The notes below the pieces were generated by a model, which worked only from the letters and a program-made list of their open reading frames with translations, was not told where the DNA came from and did no database searches. Made by a program: the position numbers and the translations under genes. From Octopus bimaculoides (lineage: Eukaryota): 33,757 nt of DNA. Positions 10,797 to 22,173 of this stretch are shown one piece after another. How positions within the stretch are numbered: the stretch's first letter is position 1; each line of letters begins with the position of its first letter. The stretch spans positions 23,431,833-23,465,589 of the forward strand of contig NC_068993.1 of NCBI RefSeq assembly GCF_001194135.2, in the 5' to 3' direction.

Positions 10797-11275
10797 CTAT
10801 TTTCATTATAAATTTCATGATGCGCCAACCTGTCTCGTATTATTGTAATTAGTAAGGTAAAAGTGGCAAGATGAGATGCATTTCACATTTCGTATAAGAG
10901 AAATGCTACTAAGCATTTGAAATCCAAAGTGGCTTTCCGAGACATTTTGGTCGGATATTGTTTGCAATGTTTTAGCATTAACTCTGCTTTTTTTACACTT
11001 GTAATTTAGAAAATAGTAATATCTCTTGTCTTTCTTTTAAATTCCCACATATAATGACGACTATATACGCATCCTTGAAATTTTTGTGTTGTTCATCAAA
11101 CCACAAGTATTACTAAAACGCTAGAGAAATATACAGTGTAATTCATTATATATGCATATATCAATGTTCCATTGTTTGCAATTTGTATCCCTGACGTTAC
11201 AGCGCGAAAATTATTTAAACTGTTACACTTCACATCCTCAATAGTTATGCGTGCTGTAAACGTGTAATAACGCTG

Positions 11276-12080
11276 TACGAGGGGGAAGCCAAAAGAAACC
11301 GGAATTTTACAATATTATTTTATTCGCTTAGTTTTATATGTTTATTGCCCTCAAAATATTCTCCATATGAATCAATGCGTAAGTCCAGACACGTTTTCCA
11401 CTGTTCTACGTAGTGTTGGAACTTTTGCCAAGTGATATCTTTTAACGTCTCTCCACAAGTGAAAATTCTGTAGCACCAGCTTTCGTCACTAGTGATGACC
11501 CTCAAAAAAAGTTCTTTCAGTTCACGATACGCATTCAATCGTGACTGCTTTTGATCTTTCGTGAGCAAGTGAGGCACAAATTTTGCTGCAACTCTTTTCA
11601 TTCGCAATTCCTCGCTCAGAATCCGTAGGCAAGAGCTCCAGGACACACTAATCACATCCAGAAGAAGTTAATCAATTGTTCGTTGACGTTCCTATAAGAT
11701 GAGTTCATGAATTTTCATAATGTTTTCATTCGTTCGGAAGGTCGATTGTCGCCCTACCCAGATAGGTCTTGAAACGACAAGTAACCGTTTCTAAACCATG
11801 AACACTACGCGGCTACTGTTATCCCCAGCAGAAAACAGAATTTCATGGAAGCACGCTGTTCCTTCGTTCCAGTCAACGCAAAAATCGACTAACAAAGGAG
11901 AAGCACTGCAAAATAAAGATGCACCACGTAACAGTACGACCTGACTGGAAAACGCCGATCGGCAGACTGTTGCTTGAGGGTCGAACTTAGAGTCTTCTAG
12001 CGGCGAAAGACTGAACTACGAACTACAACGGGCTTGTCCTACAGAGACGGTTTCCGGTTCATTTGAGGTACCCTCTCGTA
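11276..12080 (-). mobile_element. Internally deleted mariner (Tc1/mariner) DNA transposon
   Basis: TA at both ends. Imperfect ~28-bp TIRs: tacgagggggaagccaaaagaaaccggaa versus the reverse complement tacgagagggtacctcaaatgaaccggaa. The transposase remnant RVAAKFVPHLLTKDQKQSR..VITSDESWCY (first catalytic D) is fused to a C-terminal QWKTCLD..GEYFEG. Confidence 0.9.
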
Positions 12081-12399
12081 TTGTACTAATTATTAATACG
12101 GGTTTAATATTTAACTTACTGGGATTGTGGCATTATATGAAAATCAAATATGAAACCAGTATTTGGGCCAGTAAAGCATTGATGTGGCAGAATTGTCAGC
12201 ACGCCGAGAAAAATGATTTGCAATATTTCGTCCGTCCTTATGTTCTTAGTTCTATTTCCGCTGAGCTCGTCTTTGCTTCTCCTCCTTTCGATGTAATATA
12301 CGAACAAGTTATAAGATAAATTAGTTATAACTGAACAAGTTATAAGATAAATTAGATTCAAGGAAGCACAAGTGCAGTTGTTTGAATAGGAATTCCGAG

Positions 12400-12780
12400 C
12401 CTTCCAGTTGGAGCATGTTCCACAGTTTGGGCATCCACATTTTTTATCCGCTGGTTTCGTGGGTGTTGTGTATAAATTCTTATTTGTTAGAAGTCTGTTC
12501 AGCGATTTGTGTTGTTTTTTTCATATGACGAAATTATGTGTTTTCAGAACGTTGTTCAGTTTTAGATGTCTAGTGAGCATAGGTAGATTTTGTACAATAG
12601 TGTTGTGTGCATCATGATTTCTAGGGTTGTGTGTTGATATATAAGGTAGTGTTTTTAGATGGGGTGTAGTGTTGCGTTTTAATGCTTAATGTTTTGCACG
12701 CTTAATTCCATCGTCTATAAGAGAGAGTGAATATTATCTTTCATTTAGTGTTGTTCTGCGTTGTTGAAGATGACATTCCC
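12400..12780 (-). mobile_element. Neptune-like Penelope element ORF fragment
   Basis: Reads LIDDGIKRAK..LPYISTHNPRN..SLNRLLT..KKCGCPNCGTC, the Cys motif that precedes GIY-YIG in Neptune-type PLEs. Confidence 0.82.
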
Positions 12781-12819
12781 TAGTATACTACACTATGCCT
12801 GGAGGAACTCAGTATATGT

Positions 12820-13180
12820 AGTACGATATCTACTTAACCAAACATCTGAGGTGACATAGACTGAACAGATTGACCCAACACAACTAGATTCCAAATATCC
12901 TACCCGTAAGAGACAGCTACATGATGGTTAGAAACGATCGTCGCGGAGAATAAAGATTCATACCAAATCCATTTCCCATTTCCCTCATCAGTTATGTATG
13001 TATATCTCTCCGTGTTTTTCTCCTTGTCTCCGTATTCTTTCTGTTGAAGAGCGTAGCTCGAAACGTCAAAGACTTTCCGTATTCCCGAGCGTCATACTAA
13101 TATATACTTTTGTTATTTACAACACCTGTCCTCGTCTGTTGTTATTTTTTGTATATTCTCCCACATATAATACACGCTCA
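12820..13180 (+). mobile_element. Probable 3' UTR/pseudo-LTR of the Neptune-like PLE, opposite in orientation to the adjacent ORF fragment
   Basis: Contains a minimal hammerhead and directly adjoins the Neptune ORF fragment. Assignment to the same family is an inference. Confidence 0.55.
13036..13072 (+). ncRNA. Minimal type I hammerhead-like motif with a variant core (CUGUUGA)
   Basis: ucuuu CUGUUGA a GAGC gua GCUC GAAAC GUC aaaga: stem I 5 bp, stem II 4 bp, loopless stem III and a GUC triplet. Confidence 0.75.
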
Positions 13181-13360
13181 CGTGGTCGCACCAGCTAATC
13201 CTGTCTCCTCTCATCACACACTACCAACTTTTGGATTCTACCTTCTTTCCTTCTGGATCTGGACTGTTTGATTCTGAACTTTATACCTTCCGGCTGCACC
13301 TCTCCTACCCACGGATTTACACTGGACCCATCTTCTGATTGGAAATCGCTTCAATATACC

Positions 13361-13654
13361 NNNNNNNNNNNNNNNNNNNNNNNNNNNNNNNNNNNNNNNN
13401 NNNNNNNNNNNNNNNNNNNNNNNNNNNNNNNNNNNNNNNNNNNNNNNNNNNNNNNNNNNNNNNNNNNNNNNNNNNNNNNNNNNNNNNNNNNNNNNNNNNN
13501 NNNNNNNNNNNNNNNNNNNNNNNNNNNNNNNNNNNNNNNNNNNNNNNNNNNNNNNNNNNNNNNNNNNNNNNNNNNNNNNNNNNNNNNNNNNNNNNNNNNN
13601 NNNNNNNNNNNNNNNNNNNNNNNNNNNNNNNNNNNNNNNNNNNNNNNNNNNNNN
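13361..13654. other. Assembly gap
   Basis: N run. Confidence 1.
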
Positions 13655-13974
13655 TATATATATATAAATGTACATTCATATATGTGTATGATTATATACA
13701 GAAATATGTGAGTGTGTCTACTTGCGCACTTAAGTGCAGATGAGTTTACGCAACTAAATAAGTGTGTATATATATATATATGGAGAAAAAGATAGAAAGA
13801 GAATGAAAGACATGTATGAATTTATGTATGTAAATTTATGTCATATAATGAAAAACGGTCAAATCCTTTTTCATGTGCAAATGAATTCCAAACATGTCTG
13901 CACCAAAAATTTGGTCTGTGTGCAATCAATCATAACTATAATTGAATTACAATCGCATATTTAGTATGAACGTG

Positions 13975-14110
13975 AAAGTACACACATGCACACACTCACT
14001 CACAGATTCACACACACACATGCACATACACACACACACACAGAATACGCGCGCACACACACACTCAGCTACTTACACATACACATGTATACACACAAAT
14101 ACACACACAA
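13975..14110. repeat. Degenerate (AC)n tract
   Basis: Directly visible. Confidence 0.9.
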
Positions 14111-15710
14111 TGTCTCATACGTTCGTGTATATGCTGAAGTAGCATTAGTGTTATTAATTGTAACAGCATATGCTAATGATTATTACCTGCGGGATATCTC
14201 TTCATAAGCACTTATTTTATTCATTATTAGACAGATGGCACTAATTATTCGTATCTTGGAAACCTTTAAGTGTCAATAGTTATTGTTTCTGGAAGCCAAG
14301 TATGGTAAATGCTAAAGTGTTGTGCAGTAAAGATTGTAAAATTTTGTGGCTTCAAAATGCACAATATTTTCTGTGTAAGTGAATATAATGGATATACAAA
14401 ACCACTATATACTACTGGTTCATATGTGTTTCAGTTACAAATATAGTAATAGCTTCTCATTGATAAGTTCTGAAATTTGACATATATTGAATGTTTCGTT
14501 TTGATTCACTGACTGAGATGAAAGAATATTGTGACGGTTGACATGCTTGGTTCAGCTTTTAGGTATATACGCATACACATATACATGCAACTATATAAAT
14601 AACTGGAAATGAACGTAAAACAATTTTGAACATGTGACAATCCATCTTACTTATTTTTTAAATAATAAGCGCTATAACAAACTGTTTCTTATCGTCAGCA
14701 TTTGTTTATTCCAGTTTAACGAGTGTCTAATGAAGTTTTAGATTTTTTAATTCATACTGAAATATTATGCACATCTATTTCTATGTTTCAATAAGAACAA
14801 ATTGGATAAATTTAGCGAAATTGGTGAAAATGACATTGAAGGTTTCTAAGTTAATAATAATTACCAGGAACTTCAAAAACACTAGTCTTTCTCTAAGGAG
14901 TTGAAAACAAAATAAAGAATGTTTGCCGCAGTTGTCGGAAAATTAGTTTCAGAGGAGCGTTTTGAAAAGTAACGTGTTGTTAGCAATTTAATCAATAAAA
15001 AGATAATTGTGATTAAACATTTCAATGTCGTTTATGCGTTCAAGGATTAGTGAGGCAAAGCAATATTTAAATATTCTAAAATGTGATACAATACAAAACA
15101 TCACCGTCTCTAACAATATTGGAGTGTCATTCAAATATTTCATTTAACAAATATCCACCGCTGTACAAATATATTACCAGTTTAAATATTATATATCTGT
15201 AATACTTATAACATTTCTTAAAGAGATTATGAAGATAGTTCGTTTTCAAGTTTCTCGAAGTGTATAAAATTGATGCGCGTGATATTAACCCATAACCTCT
15301 AGCGTACCAGATCCAATTAGAGATAGCTGCACCTGACAATCCTTTTAATAATATTGCCGGCTGTTTAGATAAGTATATTTGAGTCCTGAATAGTGAATAA
15401 ATGGGTTCTGTAATTGATGCCATACACAGTTGTAATGCAAGTGAAATATCTTCTCATGAGAAAGTAAACCTGCTAAAAAATCTATTTACCTAGAGATAAA
15501 TTGTACTGAAAGGAATGTTCCCTTGTAGGAAAGTAAATAAGTGTTTCTGTTTATTAACGAGCAGGAGAATACGTTCGCAAAACATTGATGGTTTTCTGAT
15601 TAGACAACAATTTACTGACATTTCTATTACTGACATTTCAAAGAAAATCAGTTTATTTCTAAAATTGAAAATTTGAACATGTAAACGGTAGTAGAAAGTG
15701 GCTCCACATA

Positions 15711-15927
15711 TACGAGGGTGTGCAGAAAAGTTCTTGGCTGTAAGGGTAACGTGAATGGCCTGGTTGGAGGCTCAAATTTACGAGTTTTTTTGAAGGGCTT
15801 AGAGAACCTGTAGGACGGCTGCAATAAGTGTGAGAATCTGAGGAATATGTTGAATAAAGCCATAATTAACTTATCCTCCTGTATTTTCTTTCACCTAAAT
15901 CCATGAACTATTCAGCACCCCCTCATA
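15711..15927. mobile_element. Mariner-derived MITE (217 bp)
   Basis: TA ends. TIRs: tacgagggtgtgcagaaaagttcttggct versus the reverse complement tatgagggggtgctgaatagttcatggat. The interior resembles a mariner transposase C-terminus. Confidence 0.85.
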
Positions 15928-16957
15928 TCATCAGCATGTATAAGGTGGTGATTTCTTATCATGTTACTGTAAGTGACAATTACAGAGAAATTTGTAATAT
16001 GATTAGGTGAGGATAATCTATTTCTATTTATATAATGAAATTATTTAAACATATTCGACAGTTTACCGGATAAGTGTGTGATACAGGCTGCTATGAAAAT
16101 TATTACCATTTTAGTTAAACATTATGAAATAAATAGTTATAAAGAGTAGAAAAAAAAATTGTTCGGAGTTTAACGTTTCTTTTCTCGAGGAGATTGACAT
16201 CTTAATGTTATCCAATTTGACCCACTAGAAGTGTAGTTTTATTTTGCATAGAGTGAAGAAATATTCCTAAGTAAATAAGTTCACATTCTGAACACTTATA
16301 ATGTATACTCTATATTATTCATGAATTAAGAATCTAATTTACAATAGTTGGTTGTAGTTATAACGCTAAAACTCTGATAAAACATCTAATTAAGTCTATT
16401 TATTGAGTGTATCTTGTAACTTTGTCAATAACAATCAGAAAACTACTTAAATTATTGGATAAAACCAACACAGAAAGCAATTTGTCATCAAGCATTAGAT
16501 TAATAGACAGAGGAGGAAAAGTTATTACATATTACTTACTTTTGTATCAATACATATATAATGTTAAATACCATACACATTTAATAGAGAAAGTAAACCA
16601 ACATACGCAAGCAGAAACACATATAGATGCATATATCTATATGTATGCATCCATCCACCCATACGTAAATACATACCCGCATACATACATGGTAAAAATT
16701 TCTAAGACATTCTACAACTTTTCCATTTGAGATACTTAAGCAAGTAGATGCATGCACTTGGATGTTCTCATAAAGTAAGGCAAGGCATTAGGCAGTTTGG
16801 CAACTGCTAAGTGATATCGGTCAATCAAAAATCAGTAGTGGCGTATTCTGAAGAGGGCGATTAAATGTGATTTATTAGCATCTACTAAAAAAACTCATGA
16901 GAAAAATACATCAAAGTGAAATTAGTGAGCAAATTAGAAATTTCGATTAGCAAAAGA

Positions 16958-18830
16958 GACTTGTTTGGCAATCTCTTCGCAAGCATCCGCTGCAACTGGC
17001 AGCAGAACGAGAACGCTTATTGCGAGTTTATAGCGAGTAAGAGTGTGTTAACCCGGTCGAGAAAGTAGGCCAACAAAACGATTATTATTGAAAATTCCCC
17101 TTCCAAAACTTAGCTAGATACAAAGTTTAACTTTATCGACACGATTCTCGCGCAGATTTAAGTGTTTGACCTCGGGGGAGTGCAAATGTATGCGATCTCT
17201 CATAGTTCCATCTATGACAATCTCCATCCCATGCGACACGACAAGAGGGTGTTAGAAATCGAAAGTGGCTCTGATGGGATCTTGATTTATTTAGACCGTT
17301 CAATGTCTTGGATAAGATCGACCATTACTTCTTAGCAGCAGGCTTAACACCGACACTTTTCAAAGCCGAGCGTGTTGATTGCAGATTGCCTAATGACAGT
17401 TGCTCGGTGATCAAAGTGAGAGGCAACGAAACAAAACCGCTTAACATGGCGGGGTTAATCTATGAGAGGTGTCTTTTCTCATCTCTTTTAGACATGATGG
17501 ATCTGGAATCTTTCCCTTCTGAAGCTAGAACTGTTGAGTGCCGACCTGTTTGAGCTATAGTGCAGGAGAAATGCCTCGGCATATACAGTTTACCTGAACA
17601 GGACAACATGGAAGTCGAAGTTGTTGTCACTATTCTAAATGAATAAATAAGTCTTTGGCAGACAAAACATAAATTCGAACGATTAGGTAGATTAGCAGCT
17701 GAATTCTTCGATAGGAAAGTCTATGCTAACAAACCGCGTTGTATGTCACTGGAGTGACGCACCAGTTAGACTTCTCTAGACTAATTTTCACCCGGCCCTT
17801 CGGGTGGATACCATCAAGAGCAACTTTACCAGCAGATAGCCAAAGCATATACAAATATTGACTGAGAGGACAGTGATGTAAAATCGAGTCGAAATGGTGT
17901 TAACCGAGCTCGCCTTCTTCATAAAATATCTCGCGAATGTTGTTTGCTTCAGTCCCAATCTGATCAAAGCGGAGCGTTTGATTTTTCTTATTGAAAAAAT
18001 ACCTTGTATGAATAATCTAATGATGAAGTGCCCCTCGACAATGTATAAGACTTTTTTTATCATATATTATTATTTATATTTTAATACAATGATTTGCAAT
18101 TATTAATACTTTCTGCAGTTTAAGAACATTTCACTGTGTATCTTTCAAATAATGAGTCAGGAAATGTTGTATCCTTCAAGATATTGCATATATATGATAC
18201 CAGCGCACTATCTAGAGAATTGAAGATTACTGGGCGGTTATCAAATGTTGTCTTTGTTTTTAAAGCACTCTTTTAGTAGTCTCCTTGAAATGATCGTAGT
18301 CTTGGGACAACTCAAAACAAATATTGGGTAACAGATTGGGTAGTATGGAATATCATCAGACACTAAGAACAGTAGTCGTGGGTATGTGCGACCAAGTTCT
18401 CGAGGAAATTTCTCGATGAAGAACTGGCTGTTTTGTTCTGGAGAAGTCTTATGCCGTTGTATAATATGAGTAAGTTACAAAAAGACTTAGCTCTGGTAAG
18501 TACAGAGGGACAGTATCTGTTCGAGGGAAACTTCAAAGGTGCAATCATACCTCATGCTAGTACATTTCGTACTAGCATGAGAATAGTGACACAATTGTAA
18601 TGTACGAATTACTGCAGTATCTAGATATTGTTGTCGTGTAGAAATATACAGAACGTCTCTTGACACGCGAAGAAGAGATCCTGCTATCAACCTAATATAT
18701 CACAGGTTGATATCAAGGTCGGGCACGGAATATTTTCCAGTTCCTTGTCTATAGTGGAAATCTGGGATCGAGAAGGATGTGCTGTTCTCAAGGAAATTTG
18801 TGAAAATTTAGAAAAACTCGTTTGGTTGAG
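16958..18830 (+). mobile_element. Very old, heavily decayed Tx1/L1-clade LINE ORF2 (RT through C-terminal region)
   Basis: Motifs colinear with the other two copies: DLFGNLFASIRCNWQQN, IYDNLHPMRH, DKIDHYFLAA..CSVIKVRG, EVEVVVTILNE, HWSDAPVRLL, KAERLIF, MSKLQKDLA, YRGTVSVRGKL and KYTERLLTR. Many stops; the ends are approximate. Confidence 0.72.
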
Positions 18831-18944
18831 AGAAATTCTATCCGAATGTAAACTGGCGAGCAACAGCTGAGAGGCAGGACATGTGATATTTCATTATTGG
18901 ATCTAATTTGAGATTCTTCTATATTTCGAGGAGTACATTACCCA

Positions 18945-19012
18945 GCTCTTCTGCTACTGCCGCTACTGCCGCTGCTGCCGCTGCTGCCGCCACTACTGTT
19001 ACTACTACTACT
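18945..19012. repeat. Mosaic GCT/GCC/ACT trinucleotide low-complexity tract
   Basis: Directly visible. Confidence 0.85.
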
Positions 19013-19208
19013 AGCGTCAACTCCTTTAGCTGACAGAATGGTTACAGCACTGGTATTTGTTTCGTCATTTTGTATTCTGAGTTGAGATTTCGCCAAGATC
19101 AATTCTGCCTTTAACATCCTTTCGGGCGATATTAATAAAATATCAGTCAAGTACTACCATCTTTTCCGATTCTCCCAAGATTGTTGACCAAATAACCAGA
19201 AGTCATTT

Positions 19209-19298
19209 CCTTCTTCTTCTTCTTCTTCTTCTTCTTCTTCTTCTTCTTCTTCTTCTTCTTCTTCTTCTTCTTCTTCTTCTTCTTCTTCTTCTTCTTCT
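19209..19298. repeat. (TTC)n microsatellite
   Basis: Directly visible. Confidence 0.99.
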
Positions 19299-19374
19299 CT
19301 ATTTGTTATTTTTTTTAACCGTGTCTTTCCTTCATAGTAATGAGATTACTTGCAATATTATGAACATTACATAA

Positions 19375-19512
19375 CGCAGTGAGCTACGACAATTGTTAAC
19401 ACGACTGGAAAATACTCAGCGCCATTTCGTCCGTCTTTATGTTCTGCTGATGTCAAATTCAGCTGATGTCAACTTTGCTTTTCATCCTTTCGAGGTCAAT
19501 AAACTAAGTAGC
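19375..19512 (+). mobile_element. Degenerate SINE family B copy
   Basis: gttaacacgactggaaaatactcagcgccatttcgtc...aactttgcttttcatcctttcgaggtcaataaa aligns with 4517-4620. Confidence 0.7.
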
Positions 19513-21271
19513 AACGACATGCTCCCTCTCCCGAAACTGCTCTCTTTGTATGAAACTTTGAAACTAATACTATGAGCATTACACTTGTAATTCTTTTGTC
19601 TTTACAGAAAATATTGAAGTTTTTGGAATTATATTTCTATATAAAAATATGTTCTAAATTTTGCGACTTATGTCTAAATTAATCAATAACCCATCCTATA
19701 AAATATACGCGTTTGACCGCAGAAGTGACAGATAAATTCTAAGCAAGTTGTGCTTACTATGGTTTGACCAAGATCGAAGTATTTAGGCATCAATTTCTTT
19801 AATTATATTTCATGCAAGAAATATCTGACTATGCACTGTGTTTTCTGCTGGTAATGCATCGAAATAACTGAGATGAATTGATTAAATTGTCAAAGATATA
19901 ATAGGTTTGTGTCATAATGCAATTGTAATGAAAAATGCATCATTGACACACGTTCTCAAGGTCTTACATAGCAGTGTGAATGTAAGAACTGCCTAATAAT
20001 TAAATATAGCAACATGTGAAATCCCGTTTGTAATTATAAATACTAGCAGACTTCAGTTAATTTCATGTACGCTTCTATTGTTCATAAATGATATCGGAAT
20101 ACACACATTTGGTTTTGTCTAAATTTATTATGAATTTACCTAATAATGCATTTTTGCGTTGTATGTCATTTATTGTTCAATATTTTTTAATAAAAAATGT
20201 TATGTCAAGCATCGAATTGCGGTCCCATTTCATGCAAAAAGTTTATATCCGCTTACGCGAAATAATTGCAAGTTTTCTAATACATCAACATGCAGTCAAT
20301 ATTCCCGAAAATGCACAAGCTTCCCTACCATTCACAATGGAGCGCCAGAACTGAAGTATGCACTATGCTTAATCTGATAAACCAGACATATTCACGAGGT
20401 AGAAGTTTTATACCAGACAGTTTTTGATAGTAAGTCATAAATGAAATAATACTTCAGGCGTATTATTAATACAAAAAAGAAGTTAAAAAATAACAATGAA
20501 ATCTATGCATATGTAGTTTTAGGATGTGGCAATACGCAATTCTCTGATGTAGGAGAATGTGCTACCACATAAATACCGATAGATAAAAGCGTTAAAAGGT
20601 GGTCTGTGTTCACAATATTTTATTAGTCGTACAAGGCATATGAGAATCTTTATGCCTCCTATGACTCTAGACAATATTCACCTGTAAAATAAAAACCAAA
20701 CACCGTCATTTGTTGTCATATTTTGAGTAATTTGTAAGATCTGAGACAAATAATGTAAAAGAGCATCGACGTATATAACTTTTAATAACGCTATTTTATA
20801 AACTGGGATTATTAGAAGCGGTAGTCGTAAATCGAAATCGCTAATATTATTTTAGAACTCTTTCTATACAAATCACAATTTATAATCATCAGCGTATTTC
20901 CACGCAGACAAATTATTGCATTTGTAACAGAGGAAAAAAGAACATTAATTACTTTTGCTATCTGAACGTTAAGGACAACTCGCAATGTATCACTCTTTGA
21001 AGAGGAAAATGAAGGAGAGATGTCAGAAGGTGATGATGGTTATCAGTATGTTAAGAACTATGATCAAGAAAAATGCTATGGTGATTGTTTACTTGAATTC
21101 CCGACTATTATTAAATACAGCCTTTGTTTAAAATCTGGAGCCCACAAAATGATTTTGATAGAGTTGAATATTAGATTTTATTCTATATAAGTACTCACAA
21201 ACACACCAACACATACACACATATAATTATATACACTAGCGGGATCTGTGAATAATTCAGGGAATTAATAG

Positions 21272-21498
21272 TAGAGTAATCCCTCGACTATCGTGGATGT
21301 TACGTTCTAACCCCGCCCCCCGTGACAGGTGAAAATCCGCGAAGTAGAAACAGTAGGGTACTGTATATTTTTTTTTCTTCTTGTAATTTGTATACATTTA
21401 TTTTATAATAAATGCAAAACAACACCACGAAGGAATCGACGTAAGCTTAAATAATAAACCCCGGTAGGAGAACTTCGATATGGCGAGGGATCTCTGTA
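21272..21498. mobile_element. TA-flanked Tigger/pogo-like MITE
   Basis: Left end tagagtaatccctcgactatcg; right end reverse complement tacagagatccctcgccatatcg. Confidence 0.7.
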
Positions 21499-21560
21499 TA
21501 CCTGTTGGGTTATTCCTGAAAATTTTATCAAAAATATCTGAAAGTGTAGCCTGTGTTGTA

Positions 21561-22173
21561 TCTGCTGAGGAGGTTGTTGTGTCCTAGAATTTGTGCTGCT
21601 TTTTTAAGTCTTCGTATTTTCCAGTGGTGTTCTGTGTCTGTTATTTTAACTTCATCCCACAGGGGAGGTGGTCTCCATTTTTCCATACCTGATCAGCTAT
21701 ACCCGATTTATCAATATCTTCCCGTGTCACAGCTTTGCGATGTTCGTCTACACTTATTTTGAGGGGGCGAAATGTTTCGGCTTTATATAACCTACTACAG
21801 CTGCATGGGATGGAGTACACGCAGTTCTTAGTCATATTCTCTTCTATTGGTGGTTTTAATCGAAGGAGATATTTGCGAGGTGTTGCATTACTTTTGAATA
21901 CTGCCATGATGTTATATGGGCCGCATAACTTTTGTATCTTTTCAGAGAGGCCTTTCACATAGGGTGGACAGAATGTGGACAGTTTATCGGTTTCATCCTC
22001 TCTTTTCTTCATAACTGGAGTGTAGAGTATCCTTTTGGGGGTAATTGTTGCTTAATAGATTGTTACTGAGCTTGATCATTTCTTCATTTCTTCGTGGTGG
22101 GTGTCACGATTGCTACTTATATTTTCATTGCTCGATGTTTTAGGCAATGGGCAATCCCTCTCTTTACACATCC
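21561..22173 (-). mobile_element. Poseidon-like PLE fragment (GIY-YIG region); left arm of a palindromic insertion
   Basis: Reads KKREDETDKLSTFCPPYVKGLSEKIQK..NCVYSIPCSCSRLYKAETFRPLKISVDEHRK; same family as 2905-4098. Confidence 0.92.

Noticed and set aside
18938-19150. Ser/Gly-rich 70-aa minus-strand ORF that looks protein-like
   Set aside because: It has a TTG start, its tail is a trinucleotide mosaic, and I see no recognisable domain or convincing splice context.
18830-19298. Tx1 target specificity for (TTC)n, as in Kibi/Koshi elements
   Set aside because: The TTC array is more than 300 bp from the last recognisable homology, is absent on the 5' side and is absent beside the other copies.
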